In this document: in pieces, positions 50,119 through 60,220 of the stretch
How the letters are laid out: each line of letters begins with the position of its first letter
Position numbering within the stretch: the first letter of the stretch is position 1
From: a bacterium
GTDB taxonomy: Bacteria > Electryoneota > RPQS01
NCBI GenBank assembly: GCA_013360195.1
Contig: JABWCQ010000001.1
Location: forward strand, 84,168-148,167
DNA: 64,000 bases
Direction: 5' to 3'
Notes under the pieces: generated by a model
What the model was told of the DNA's origin: nothing
Databases searched by the model: none
The model's input: only the letters and a program-made list of their open reading frames with translations
Made by a program: the position numbers and the translations under genes

Positions 50119-53100
50119 ATGGTAAGTTTGAGGGCAAGATATCTGAGAGGTCTGCTGGCGACCGGACTGCTCAGTTTTGCTATTGCAGCAGCGACTGGAG
50201 CCGAACGGGTTCCGGTCTTGCTTGTCCTCGAACCCGAGCCGTTCGTTATTCAGAATGTCCGGGAAGAGGCAGGCCGGTCATTAGACCTTGGTACTTCCCA
50301 TGAGCTTGCGATTCGAGCGGCTCAAGATCACGCAAATGTAACTCAAGCAAACCTGCTGAAGAGGCTTGCTGAGTTGGAAGAGGCAGGTCAAGTATCGGAT
50401 ATTCGCTCATTCTGGGTTGCCAATGCGATTGCTTTGAAATGCGAGCCGGAGTTACTGCCCGTACTTGAACGACTTCCCGAGGTCGTAGAGATTCAAGACG
50501 AGCAGCTGCTTGGATTACTTCCGATAGCCCCTCCCGTGGCGGAAGGCCGCCGAAATCCCCTTGATGACGGAGTCACGGTTGCCTTAACTGATATCCGGGC
50601 GCCTGAAGCATGGGCTTTAGGGCTGACCGGAGTTGGTGTACTGCTTGCCAATTTCGATTCAGGAGTACTGGGTACGCATCCCGCGTTGTCGTCGAGATGG
50701 CGGGGTAACAACGGGCATCCGGCGAATCATTGTTGGTTTGACCTTGTCGAACCGATTACTCCGACTCCCGGTGACAACGATGGTCACGGGACTTTGACTA
50801 TGGGGCTGCAATGCGGTTTAGGCGCCAGTGACACCGTTGGCGTCGCGTTCAATGCACAGTTCATTGCCGCCGCCGTTGCGGAAGGCGGTTTTACGATTAC
50901 AAATGCGCTTCAAGCGTTCGAGTGGATACTTGACCCGGACGGGAATCCGGCCACTTTTGACGATGTCCCCCGTGTGCTTTCCAATTCGTGGGGATTTAAC
51001 GGCGGAATTGACGTATGCAACAACCTGCTGCATTCGGCTCTTGATTTAGCTGAAGCCGCAGGAATAGCGGTGGTATGGTCGGCAGGCAACGAGGGTCCTG
51101 CCAGCGGCACAATGAGAAATCCTGCCAATCGTGCGGACAATGCTGTTTCCGGTTTCGCGGTCGGAGGATGGGACGGAGTGGTAGATTCGGTTTGGGTGTC
51201 TTCCAGCCGTGGGCCATCTCCCTGTTCCGCCGATATGACGCTGCGAATCAAGCCCGAGATTGTCGCACCGTCACGAGATGTGCGCTCGACGTATCTGGGC
51301 ACCGGTTATGCATCCAGCAGCGGCACATCCTTCTCGGCTCCGCTTGCGGCCGGCACGCTGGCATTGATGATTGAAGCCAATCCGCTGCTTCCGCCCGATT
51401 CTCTACTCGAACTTCTGATGTTCACGGCGGTGGATGAGGGTCCCGCCGGACTGGACAATCATTCCGGTTATGGCAGACTGGACGCCTACATGGCCTGTCA
51501 AGCGGCGTTAACCGGATTGGGCTGGGTGCGCGGCCATGTGCAGAATCAGTTCGGCACTCCGATTGCCGCAAACATTGATGTTCTGGATCAGCCGCATCAC
51601 ACCGTCAGCGATGCCAACGGCAACTTCACATTTCCCTATCCCGCATGGCTGCCTTGTGAAATACAGGTTGTTGCAAGCGGCCACAGCCCGCAGTCGTCTT
51701 CGCTCTCGGTTTCCCCACAGGACACGACCTATGTCACACTTACGTTGCAGACGACTCAAGAAGGAATTCTGACAGGCAATGTCATCGATTGCCGGGGGCT
51801 TCCCGCCAGCGGCGCGTTCCTGACAATTCTGGAGCAGCCGTCACTGCAAACGACCAGCGATGCCAATGGAAGATTCGTGATGACGCTACAGCCCGGACAA
51901 TACTCGCTCGCTTGTTCGAGTGTGGTGTGCGGCTCGGTGGTTGTGCCGCAGGTTCAGATTCAGTCGGGCGCGGTCACGGATATTGAAGTGGTGCTGCCGC
52001 TGAATCCGGCGTTTCTCTGTTCCGAGCCTGACAATTTCGGCTATTTCCTCTGCGACAACAACGATCCCGGAGGACCGTCAGAAACGTACTCGTCGGTTTC
52101 GCCGACGACAGGAGGGAGAGGTGTCATACATAACCTTGCGGACGACGGTAATGTTCCGCTGGCGCTGCCGTTTCCGGTCACATTTTACGGCAACACCTAC
52201 AATAGGATTTTTCTGAATTCAAACGGCATCGTGAGCTTCGTGCGGTACGCGACTGCCTACAACAATCTGCAGTTACCGTACAATCTGACTCCGGCGCTGT
52301 TTCCGTTCTGGGACGATTTCAGCGACAATCTCGGCGGGCATATTCTCTCCGATTACAATCCGGCTGAAGGCACCTACACACTGGAGTGGTTCGAAATTCC
52401 GTACTTCATTTCCATTCCGCCTCCAACGGACAGTGCAAACTTTCAGCTCGTCATCTATGACCAGTCTGTCGTGCCGACACAAAGCGGAAACAATGTGTTT
52501 GAATTTAGATACGGCAGGATTCCAAGAAACGGCAGTGCGACGATTGGGATTGACCGCGCACAAGGGAATCAATATGTGAGATACGGCTTCAACGGCACAT
52601 GGGAGCCGCATGCAGTACCGGCGGCGGAGGGTGTGACCGTGAGAGTTGCGGACGAGGACATATCTTCGGGAGTCCCGTCCATGCAAATTGAGCCGTCGGC
52701 GCTTGCGATTGCGCTCGAGCCCGGTGTGTCGCTCGATACGTCCATTTTTGTTCATAACAACGGCAGCGTTCCTTTGGCATATTATGCAAGCGCCTCGCCC
52801 ATGGCCGCGACAGGCGACGCGGACGAGGACACGCCACCGAACGCAGTTGAGTTTGATGACCCTCCGAAAGGTTCCGCCCCGCTGCGTGCGGAATCATCCG
52901 ACGACGCGCTCGATGAGTGGATTCCCGACGCAAACGGCTACGCGTGGCGCAGTTCCGACAACGATACGTCGGTGCACTACCAGTTTACGAGCATTGCCAA
53001 TGTCGGGACGAACGTGGGTATTACATGGGATGATTCGACGTCCTATCCGCGGCCGCTGCCATTCGAGTTTCCGTTCTTCGACCGGGTTTTCAAGAAATAT

Positions 53101-53934
53101 AGCGTGTGCTCGAACGGGTTTATCACATTCTGGTCGCAGGTGCGCAATTACCTGAATGATCCGATGGTCACCGCGCGCGACCCCTACTACGCGATTGCGG
53201 CCTATTGGACGGACCTGAATCCCTCCGCAGGCGGACAAATCTGGGAATACTATGACCAGATAAACAATCGCTTCATCGTACAATGGAATCGCATTCCGCC
53301 TTTCGGCGCCCCCTCGTCCAATACGCTGACGTTTCAAGCAATACTTTATCCGGACGGCGGCATCGATCTTGTCTATGAGCATATGTACCATCCTGTTCAG
53401 CTCAAGACAGTCGGCATTAAGGGCGGGCGAAGTTCGCAGACCCTGCAGCTTTCCCACAACGGCAGTCTGGTGGACAGTCTGATGACTCTGCGCATTGCGC
53501 GACCGGACACCGCCGATGCTTCGCTGCGTATCTTGAGCGGTAGTTACGCGGTGGTTCCTCCGCAAGGTGTTCAGGAGATTCGCCTGCGGTTCAAAAATAA
53601 TTCGCTCAGTCAGGGCGTTATGTCCCTGCCGCTTACAATTCAGTCGTCGGATGAAGATGCGGGCGGAACCGGCGTGAGTTTCCTGCTTCAGGGGGGCACA
53701 CCGTTCGTACCGCAGACGGTGATTGCCTCGCAGAACGGCATATTAAGTTTACATTGGGTTGCGCACGAGGCGAATAGTTATACGATTTGGACGTCGCTGC
53801 CCAATGATACCGTGTTTGTTCCGCTGGTCACATCGATTGCGGACACTCACTATACGCTCGGCGTCCCTGCGGACGCGGCGCGTGCCTATGCGGTGACTTT
53901 GAACGGCGGTGCGCCGCCGAGACCCGGGAATTAG
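50119..53934 (+). CDS. Large secreted S8 (subtilisin-family) serine peptidase with C-terminal beta-sandwich and repeat domains
   Basis: Catalytic triad contexts LANFDSGVL (Asp), DNDGHGTLTMG (His) and GTSFSAPLAAG (Ser). Signal peptide. Confidence 0.85.
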   Translation: MVSLRARYLRGLLATGLLSFAIAAATGAERVPVLLVLEPEPFVIQNVREEAGRSLDLGTSHELAIRAAQDHANVTQANLLKRLAELEEAGQVSDIRSFWVANAIALKCEPELLPVLERLPEVVEIQDEQLLGLLPIAPPVAEGRRNPLDDGVTVALTDIRAPEAWALGLTGVGVLLANFDSGVLGTHPALSSRWRGNNGHPANHCWFDLVEPITPTPGDNDGHGTLTMGLQCGLGASDTVGVAFNAQFIAAAVAEGGFTITNALQAFEWILDPDGNPATFDDVPRVLSNSWGFNGGIDVCNNLLHSALDLAEAAGIAVVWSAGNEGPASGTMRNPANRADNAVSGFAVGGWDGVVDSVWVSSSRGPSPCSADMTLRIKPEIVAPSRDVRSTYLGTGYASSSGTSFSAPLAAGTLALMIEANPLLPPDSLLELLMFTAVDEGPAGLDNHSGYGRLDAYMACQAALTGLGWVRGHVQNQFGTPIAANIDVLDQPHHTVSDANGNFTFPYPAWLPCEIQVVASGHSPQSSSLSVSPQDTTYVTLTLQTTQEGILTGNVIDCRGLPASGAFLTILEQPSLQTTSDANGRFVMTLQPGQYSLACSSVVCGSVVVPQVQIQSGAVTDIEVVLPLNPAFLCSEPDNFGYFLCDNNDPGGPSETYSSVSPTTGGRGVIHNLADDGNVPLALPFPVTFYGNTYNRIFLNSNGIVSFVRYATAYNNLQLPYNLTPALFPFWDDFSDNLGGHILSDYNPAEGTYTLEWFEIPYFISIPPPTDSANFQLVIYDQSVVPTQSGNNVFEFRYGRIPRNGSATIGIDRAQGNQYVRYGFNGTWEPHAVPAAEGVTVRVADEDISSGVPSMQIEPSALAIALEPGVSLDTSIFVHNNGSVPLAYYASASPMAATGDADEDTPPNAVEFDDPPKGSAPLRAESSDDALDEWIPDANGYAWRSSDNDTSVHYQFTSIANVGTNVGITWDDSTSYPRPLPFEFPFFDRVFKKYSVCSNGFITFWSQVRNYLNDPMVTARDPYYAIAAYWTDLNPSAGGQIWEYYDQINNRFIVQWNRIPPFGAPSSNTLTFQAILYPDGGIDLVYEHMYHPVQLKTVGIKGGRSSQTLQLSHNGSLVDSLMTLRIARPDTADASLRILSGSYAVVPPQGVQEIRLRFKNNSLSQGVMSLPLTIQSSDEDAGGTGVSFLLQGGTPFVPQTVIASQNGILSLHWVAHEANSYTIWTSLPNDTVFVPLVTSIADTHYTLGVPADAARAYAVTLNGGAPPRPGN

Positions 53935-54011
53935 ATCAAGTTTCGTAAATAGTATCTGTGTATTTGTACTTTCTGCGGCCTATTGGCCCGCGCGATGCAT
54001 TGAGGTGTCTT

Positions 54012-57000
54012 ATGTTACGTTCGCTCACTTTGTTATTCATTTTCCTCTTCGGAGCCGTGGCGGCATATGCAGCCGATGACGCTCCGCATCACTCGTTAAT
54101 TCGTGTTTTCGGTAAAGATCTCGCTCATGAAAAGAAACTGCTGAGCGACGATATGCTTGACATCATGCCTCAGGACGGCGCACCCGGAGTTTTGGTGGCC
54201 GCACTGCCGCACAACTTTGATTACCTGGCGAGTCTGGGTTACCGGTGGGATGTCATTCATCAGGATTTGGAAGAGTTCTACGCTCGCCGCGCCCGTGAAG
54301 GCGGTTCGCTCGACTTAATGGGCGGTTACAAGACGCACGTGGAAATCCTCGCGGCGATGGATTCGATACACGCGAACCATCCCAGCATCACCACGGCGCG
54401 ATTCTCCATTGGGACAACGCTTGAGGGCCGGGACATCTGGGCGATGAAAATAAGCGACAATCCCGATCAGGACGAAGAGGAGATCGAGCTGCTTTATGAC
54501 GCGCTGATCCATTCACGCGAACCGGCGGCGATGGAAGTGCTGTTCCTTTTCATGGACCACCTGACTGACCAATACGGAGTCAATCAGCATATTACCGACC
54601 TCGTGAACACACGCGAGTTCTACTTCATTCCCTGCATCAATGTAGACGGTTATCTTTACAATCAGCAAACGAATCCCAATGGCGGCGGCATGTGGCGCAA
54701 GAACCGGCGCAACAACGGCGGAGGAAGCTATGGTGTGGATTTGAACCGGAACTGGGGATTCAACTGGGGTTTCGACAATAACGGCTCCTCGCCGACACCG
54801 AGTTCGGAAACGTATCGCGGCACAGGCCCGTTCTCAGAGCCCGAGACTCAGGTGATGCGCGACTTCATCAACTCGCGCAATTTCACCGTGGCAATGAATT
54901 ACCATACTTATTCCAACTTGATTCTCTATTCGTGGGGATCATCGGGATATCAGGGTGGTTTCACGGCAGACGATGCGACTTTTCAACTGATGGGTGACTC
55001 GATGCAGTTTTACATCCAGCAGGTGAACGGAGCCGTCTACACGGTCGGACAACCGTGGGCTGTGCTGTACGATGTGAACGGCGACTGCAACGACTGGTGC
55101 TACGGCGAGCAGACTACAAAGCCGAAGATTTTCGGCTTCACGACCGAAGTTGGCGGCGCCAGCGACGGATTTTGGCCTGCGCCGAATCGCATTCTTCCTC
55201 TCGCACAAGAGAATTTGCCTGCGAACATATTCGTCGCGCGATATGCTGTGAATCTTGTGCCGCCGGACTATCAAGTCAAGCGAGTAAGGCAGTTTCAGGA
55301 AGAGCTGAACGGTGACAACGACGGCACGGTAGAGCCGGGCGAAGGAGTGGGTTTGACCATCTACTTACGCAATACCGGATTGCTGAGTTTAGGTGAGCTT
55401 ACCGGAGTCTTGACCACGAGTACACCCAACGTGACCATATTAAACGGTAATTCGACGTGGCCTGCGATGGCACCGTTTGATTCAGCAGCAAATGATATGA
55501 CGCTCTCACTTAGTATCGGCGGCGGATTCGTCTCACCGGGCGCGGTGAATTGTCAACTTCATCTGACTTCATTCGAAGGACTCGACACCACCATTGCCAT
55601 CACGGCTGTGGTCGGTAATCCTGTCTTTTTCGACGATATGGAATCCGGCACAAACGGATGGACACATTCAGGCGAGCAGGACCAATGGCATCTCTCCACA
55701 CGCCGGGCCGCTTCGCCGACGCAGGCATGGTACTGCGGTCTGGAAGGTGCAGGGCAGTACAGTTCAAATCAGAATGCTACGCTGACTTCACCGCCTATTC
55801 TGCTTGGAAATAACGCAGTTCTGACGTTTTCGCATTGGTTCCAGCTTGAATCGGGATTTGATTTCGGATTTGTCGAAGTGTTTGACGGCACGGGCGCGCA
55901 ATTGGTTGCCGGTCCGTTTACCGGCAGCAACGGAGCCTTCCAAACAGTCAGCGTATCGCTTGCGCAGTTTCCTGCAGGGAGCCTCGTGAACATTCGCTTC
56001 AGACAGACAAGCGACGGAGCGCTCGTGCAGGAAGGCTGGTATGTTGATGACGTATTCGTCGGCCCGCCGCCTAACATTGACGCCGCTCCGGCCGCGATTT
56101 CAGTTGCAGTGGACACAACGTCCGTGGAAGAAGAAATTATTCTTGTCGGAAACACCGGAGGCTCCGACCTTGTGTACTCGGTGCTGTTTCAAAATGGAAC
56201 CGCGATTGCAGACACTGGCGGACCTGACGCATTCGGCTACAGGTGGCAGGATTCCGATGACCAATGCGGGCCAATCTATTCCTGGTTGCCCATTGGTGCC
56301 CTTGGCACTCCGATAACCTGGGTGGACGGCGAAGGCGATATGGTACGCGGTCCATACGCGCTGCCGTTCGAGTTTCCGTTCTATGGACAAATGTATGACG
56401 ACATCTGGGTGAGCGCGAACGGTTGGATTAGTTTTGCCGACAGCATCAATGAAACTTTCACAAATACGGCATTGCCAAACGCGAGTGCCGCCGGCGCAGC
56501 TATTTTTGCGTGGTGGGACGATTTGAAACCGCAACTGGCGGGAACAAACGTCCGGTTCTGGACAAACGGTGCAGACTCGGCCGCGGTGCATTACGAAAAC
56601 GTTAGAGCCGGAACTGCTCCAAATCAGGGGACTTATAATTTCCAGATTCTGTTAACGGCGCGCGGCGAGGCGAGAGTGTTCTATGGTAATATGGGAACCA
56701 TTCGATTGCAGAGCGCAACGATTGGAATTCAGAATGCCGAGAAGACAGTCGGACTTACTGTGCTGTCAAATCAGGCCGGAATCGGGAACTTCGAATCGCG
56801 CAGGTTTGCTCTCGGACCGCGGTGGGTATCCGTGCTACCAGTGAGCGGCATTGTCGAGCCGGCCGGAGTGGACACCCTCAGACTGAGTTTTCTTGGACGA
56901 GAATTGTGCGGTGACCCGAGCCTGAGCGGGCTGGTGATTCGTTCAAACGATCAAGAAACGCCGGAACTAATCATCCCCATTGACGCGACGCCCGGTTTAC

Positions 57001-57218
57001 CGCTCGCAGCTCCGTCGGACTTAACAATTTTCCCCTCCGGAAACGACGTAGAATTACGCTGGAATGCGGTGCCCGGTGCAGCCGCATACAGAGTTGAATT
57101 CTTCTTTGAACTGGGAGGACTTCCGACCATAGTCGGTGAGCCTGTGACCAATTATTTCCTTCACACCAATGCGCTGGATGTGTCGCTTGGTTATTATCAA
57201 GTCAGAGCACTGCCGTAG
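54012..57218 (+). CDS. Large secreted M14 zinc carboxypeptidase with C-terminal beta-sandwich and repeat domains
   Basis: HSREPAA (HxxE zinc ligands), CINVDGY and YHTYSNLILYSWG are M14 core motifs. ATG at 54012 gives a clean signal peptide MLRSLTLLFIFLFGAVAAYA. Confidence 0.85.
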   Translation: MLRSLTLLFIFLFGAVAAYAADDAPHHSLIRVFGKDLAHEKKLLSDDMLDIMPQDGAPGVLVAALPHNFDYLASLGYRWDVIHQDLEEFYARRAREGGSLDLMGGYKTHVEILAAMDSIHANHPSITTARFSIGTTLEGRDIWAMKISDNPDQDEEEIELLYDALIHSREPAAMEVLFLFMDHLTDQYGVNQHITDLVNTREFYFIPCINVDGYLYNQQTNPNGGGMWRKNRRNNGGGSYGVDLNRNWGFNWGFDNNGSSPTPSSETYRGTGPFSEPETQVMRDFINSRNFTVAMNYHTYSNLILYSWGSSGYQGGFTADDATFQLMGDSMQFYIQQVNGAVYTVGQPWAVLYDVNGDCNDWCYGEQTTKPKIFGFTTEVGGASDGFWPAPNRILPLAQENLPANIFVARYAVNLVPPDYQVKRVRQFQEELNGDNDGTVEPGEGVGLTIYLRNTGLLSLGELTGVLTTSTPNVTILNGNSTWPAMAPFDSAANDMTLSLSIGGGFVSPGAVNCQLHLTSFEGLDTTIAITAVVGNPVFFDDMESGTNGWTHSGEQDQWHLSTRRAASPTQAWYCGLEGAGQYSSNQNATLTSPPILLGNNAVLTFSHWFQLESGFDFGFVEVFDGTGAQLVAGPFTGSNGAFQTVSVSLAQFPAGSLVNIRFRQTSDGALVQEGWYVDDVFVGPPPNIDAAPAAISVAVDTTSVEEEIILVGNTGGSDLVYSVLFQNGTAIADTGGPDAFGYRWQDSDDQCGPIYSWLPIGALGTPITWVDGEGDMVRGPYALPFEFPFYGQMYDDIWVSANGWISFADSINETFTNTALPNASAAGAAIFAWWDDLKPQLAGTNVRFWTNGADSAAVHYENVRAGTAPNQGTYNFQILLTARGEARVFYGNMGTIRLQSATIGIQNAEKTVGLTVLSNQAGIGNFESRRFALGPRWVSVLPVSGIVEPAGVDTLRLSFLGRELCGDPSLSGLVIRSNDQETPELIIPIDATPGLPLAAPSDLTIFPSGNDVELRWNAVPGAAAYRVEFFFELGGLPTIVGEPVTNYFLHTNALDVSLGYYQVRALP

Positions 57219-57232
57219 AGGAGCCGTGATTC

Positions 57233-58936
57233 TTGCCCAACAGTAACACTGCCTATCTGACACTCCTGATACTTCTCGCACTGGCTGTCATCCCGGCAAA
57301 TGGTGCGACGCGGCGCCCCGCATGGGCGAAGCACTCCATGATTGCTTCGGCGGACTCCAATGCGACCCGGGCTGGACTTCAAATTCTTGAGGCAGGCGGT
57401 AACGCGGTTGACGCCGCCTGCGCAGTAGCGATGGCGCTTGGTGTGACCGAGGGCTATTCGAGCGGAATCGGTGGAGGATGTTTTATCGTCCTCCATATGG
57501 CAGACGGGAGGCAGGTTGCGATTGACGGCAGAGAAGTAGCGCCGGCCAGGGCTTCACGCTTGATGTTTGTGCCGCGCAAGCAAGCTGACCGGACGGATTT
57601 AAGTCTGTATTCAACTCTGGCGGCCGGAGTTCCCGGACAGGTTGCCGCGCTTGACCTTGCCGTGCGCGATTATGGCACGATGACGTTTGAGGAACTCCTT
57701 GCTCCGGCCATTGCTCTGGCAGACACAGGATTTATTCTGGACGATTACTACGCCAGCGTTATTGAAAGATACGCGACGCGGTTTATGCTGGATCCTGCTT
57801 CGTCTTTGATCTACTTTGACGAGACCGGCAAACAGTTGGCTGCGGGGGAGAGGCTGGTGCAGAAAGACCTTGCCGCAACGCTGCGAAGAATGGCCGAGCA
57901 TGGGGCGCAGGAATTCTACACCGGAGAAACGGCCGAACTCATCGCTGAGTTCATGCGGAAGTCAGGCGGACTTATCAGCACGGCGGACTTAGCCAACTAT
58001 CGTCCGGCCTTACTCGAACCGGTTCGAGGGACCTATCGAGGATTTGAAGTCATCTCGATGCCGCCGCCGAGTTCGGGCGGGATTCATTTGATTCAGATTC
58101 TCAATCTTCTCGAAGGCTTTCCGCTTGGCTTTCTTGGTGCGGGGTCCTCTGAGTCACTGCATCTGATTGCGGAAAGCATGTGCCTCGCCTTTGCCGACCG
58201 TGCCGAGTTTCTTGGCGACCCGGCATTTACGCCGGTTCCCACCAAGGCGCTCATCAGCAAGACGTACGCTGACTCCCTGCGCGGCAAGGTTTCGCGCACG
58301 CGGCACGCCCCTAAGCCAGACCCGGGAGATCCGTGGAAGTTTGAGTCCCTGATTAATCATCATACGACTCACTTTTGTGTGGTTGACGAATTTGGCAATG
58401 CGGCCTCGGTTACGGCAACGGTCAACACGCCGTTTGCCACATGCATCACCGTCCCCGGGACGGGCATCCTTCTCAACAATGAAATGGATGACTTCGTAAC
58501 CGAACCGGGCAAGGCAAATTTCTTCGGACTTGTCGGTAAAGCGGTGAATGAAATCGAGCCCGGGAAGAAGCCTCTCTCCTCCATGTCCCCAACGATCGTG
58601 CTGAAGGATGGGCAACCGTTCATTCTCGCAGGAGGCGCGGGAGGTCCGAGGATTATTTCGGCAACTCTTCTTACCATTGTAAATTCAATTGATTACGGTA
58701 TGGATATCCAGGCGGCGCTTGACTATCCCCGCATTCACCAGCAGTGGATTCCGGACAGATTGGTCATGGAGCCTGAGCATACACAGGATGTTCGTGCCGG
58801 ATTAGAGCAACGAGGACATGCCGTCGAAGTTGGCCCGGCTCGTTCGCGAGTTCAAGCAATTCAAGCGGATACGATTCGCGGTGGCTGGTATGGTGCCGCA
58901 GATAGCCGAGGTATTGGTGCAGCACTTGGCCAGTGA
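57233..58936 (+). CDS. ggt: Gamma-glutamyltransferase
   Basis: GGGCFIV, the autoprocessing Thr context HHTTHFCVVDEFGNAASVTATVN, and GGAGGPRIIS. TTG start; signal peptide. Confidence 0.88.
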   Translation: MPNSNTAYLTLLILLALAVIPANGATRRPAWAKHSMIASADSNATRAGLQILEAGGNAVDAACAVAMALGVTEGYSSGIGGGCFIVLHMADGRQVAIDGREVAPARASRLMFVPRKQADRTDLSLYSTLAAGVPGQVAALDLAVRDYGTMTFEELLAPAIALADTGFILDDYYASVIERYATRFMLDPASSLIYFDETGKQLAAGERLVQKDLAATLRRMAEHGAQEFYTGETAELIAEFMRKSGGLISTADLANYRPALLEPVRGTYRGFEVISMPPPSSGGIHLIQILNLLEGFPLGFLGAGSSESLHLIAESMCLAFADRAEFLGDPAFTPVPTKALISKTYADSLRGKVSRTRHAPKPDPGDPWKFESLINHHTTHFCVVDEFGNAASVTATVNTPFATCITVPGTGILLNNEMDDFVTEPGKANFFGLVGKAVNEIEPGKKPLSSMSPTIVLKDGQPFILAGGAGGPRIISATLLTIVNSIDYGMDIQAALDYPRIHQQWIPDRLVMEPEHTQDVRAGLEQRGHAVEVGPARSRVQAIQADTIRGGWYGAADSRGIGAALGQ

Positions 58937-58976
58937 GGGTTATGTACGACGGGTAGAGAGTCACGATTTAGTCTTG

Positions 58977-59005
58977 TTGACAATTTAACAAGCCCTCCGT
59001 ATCTT
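58977..59005 (+). promoter_or_regulatory. sigma70-like promoter giving a near-leaderless XRE transcript
   Basis: TTGACA-N17-TATCTT. The -10 ends 7 nt before the ATG at 59013. Confidence 0.45.
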
Positions 59006-59012
59006 ATAGACC

Positions 59013-59444
59013 ATGAACCAAAACAAAGCCCTTCCCATCAATGTCGGCCAGCGTTTGCACGATGCCCGCAAGGCCGCTGACATGTCACAAGACGAGCTGT
59101 CCAAGGCCGTCCACGTGAACCGTTCCTATTTGTCTCTGGTCGAAAACGGACGATCTTCGCCGACCATCGAGTTTCTCGAGAAGGTTTCGGCAGGACTGAA
59201 TCTGCGAGTTGAGGAGCTGCTTCTCGGCCCCGAGGCGTTTAAGTACTTAAGTTTGTCCCCCAAGCACGGGTATCTGTATCGCGGGCTGCAGGACCTGCTG
59301 GCGGATGAAGAGCAGATGCTGCTGATGAATCCTTCGAACGAGGAACTTGAAATCCTGAAGGGGATTCATTTGCATCCCGATCACGACCCGACCAAGCGGT
59401 TCTTCATCGACGCACTGCTTGATCTCAGGCGCACGCGGTACTGA
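59013..59444 (+). CDS. XRE-family HTH transcriptional regulator
   Basis: GQRLHDARKAADMSQDELSKAVHVNRSYLSLVENGRSSPTIEFLEKVSAGL is a Cro/C1-type HTH. Confidence 0.8.
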   Translation: MNQNKALPINVGQRLHDARKAADMSQDELSKAVHVNRSYLSLVENGRSSPTIEFLEKVSAGLNLRVEELLLGPEAFKYLSLSPKHGYLYRGLQDLLADEEQMLLMNPSNEELEILKGIHLHPDHDPTKRFFIDALLDLRRTRY

Positions 59445-59476
59445 GAACCAGAACATACGCAGAGGAGCAGCAGATC

Positions 59477-59812
59477 ATGCAGATGAGATCGTTCTGGGAT
59501 CAGGACGTCTATGTCATCGAGCTCGCCGGCAAATTGATGGGCGGTCCCGATTCGGAGGGATTCCACTCCCAAGTCAAAGAAGCAGTGCAGCGCGGCGGCC
59601 GTAATGTCATCGTGGATCTGCGCGGAGTGGACTGGCTGAACAGCTGGGGAGTAGGACTACTGGTGTCCGCCTACACGACCATCAAGAACAGCGGCGGCCA
59701 GCTGGCGCTGGTGGGCTGTTCGCCGAAGGTCATGACCGTGTTCAAGATGACGCGATTTGATTCCGTGTTTATCTTTGCGGACAGTGTTACCGGCGCGGTC
59801 AGCAAGTTTTGA
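59477..59812 (+). CDS. STAS-domain anti-sigma-factor antagonist (RsbV/SpoIIAA-like)
   Basis: VIVDLRGVDWLNSWGVGLLVSAY..GGQLALVG has the STAS fold and a conserved Ser in the DxxS-type loop. Confidence 0.75.
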   Translation: MQMRSFWDQDVYVIELAGKLMGGPDSEGFHSQVKEAVQRGGRNVIVDLRGVDWLNSWGVGLLVSAYTTIKNSGGQLALVGCSPKVMTVFKMTRFDSVFIFADSVTGAVSKF

Positions 59813-59881
59813 CGCGGACATAGTTTCGCTATAAGTTTTTTTCAAATACAAGAATCGAACCTTTGAAGGAGCCATCCGGCA

Positions 59882-60220
59882 ATGAAATTGAAGACGACTG
59901 AGAACAATGGAGTTTATCTTGTCGAACTATCCGGCAAGATTATGGGCGGCCCGGAATCGGCGCAGTTCCACGAAGCGATGAAGCATGCGGTCAGCAACAA
60001 TCTGAAGAAGGTTGTTATTGACCTCGGCCAAGTAGAGTGGATGAACAGCTCCGGTATCGGACTGCTGGTGTCGGCCTATACGACACTGAAAAACGCGGGC
60101 AGTGAAATGAAACTCGCTCGGACCACCGAAAAGATACAATCGCTCCTTGTCATCACGAAACTGAACTCGGTATTCGATAGCCACGAAACTGTTGAAAGCG
60201 CAGTTAAGAGCTTCAACTGA
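59882..60220 (+). CDS. Second STAS-domain anti-sigma-factor antagonist paralogue
   Basis: VVIDLGQVEWMNSSGIGLLVSAY..GSEMKL. About 45% identical to the upstream copy. Confidence 0.75.
   Translation: MKLKTTENNGVYLVELSGKIMGGPESAQFHEAMKHAVSNNLKKVVIDLGQVEWMNSSGIGLLVSAYTTLKNAGSEMKLARTTEKIQSLLVITKLNSVFDSHETVESAVKSFN

Noticed and set aside
52894-53565. 223-aa minus-strand ORF inside the S8 peptidase gene
   Set aside because: Arg/His-rich reverse-frame artefact. The S8 frame is continuous and motif-bearing across this span.
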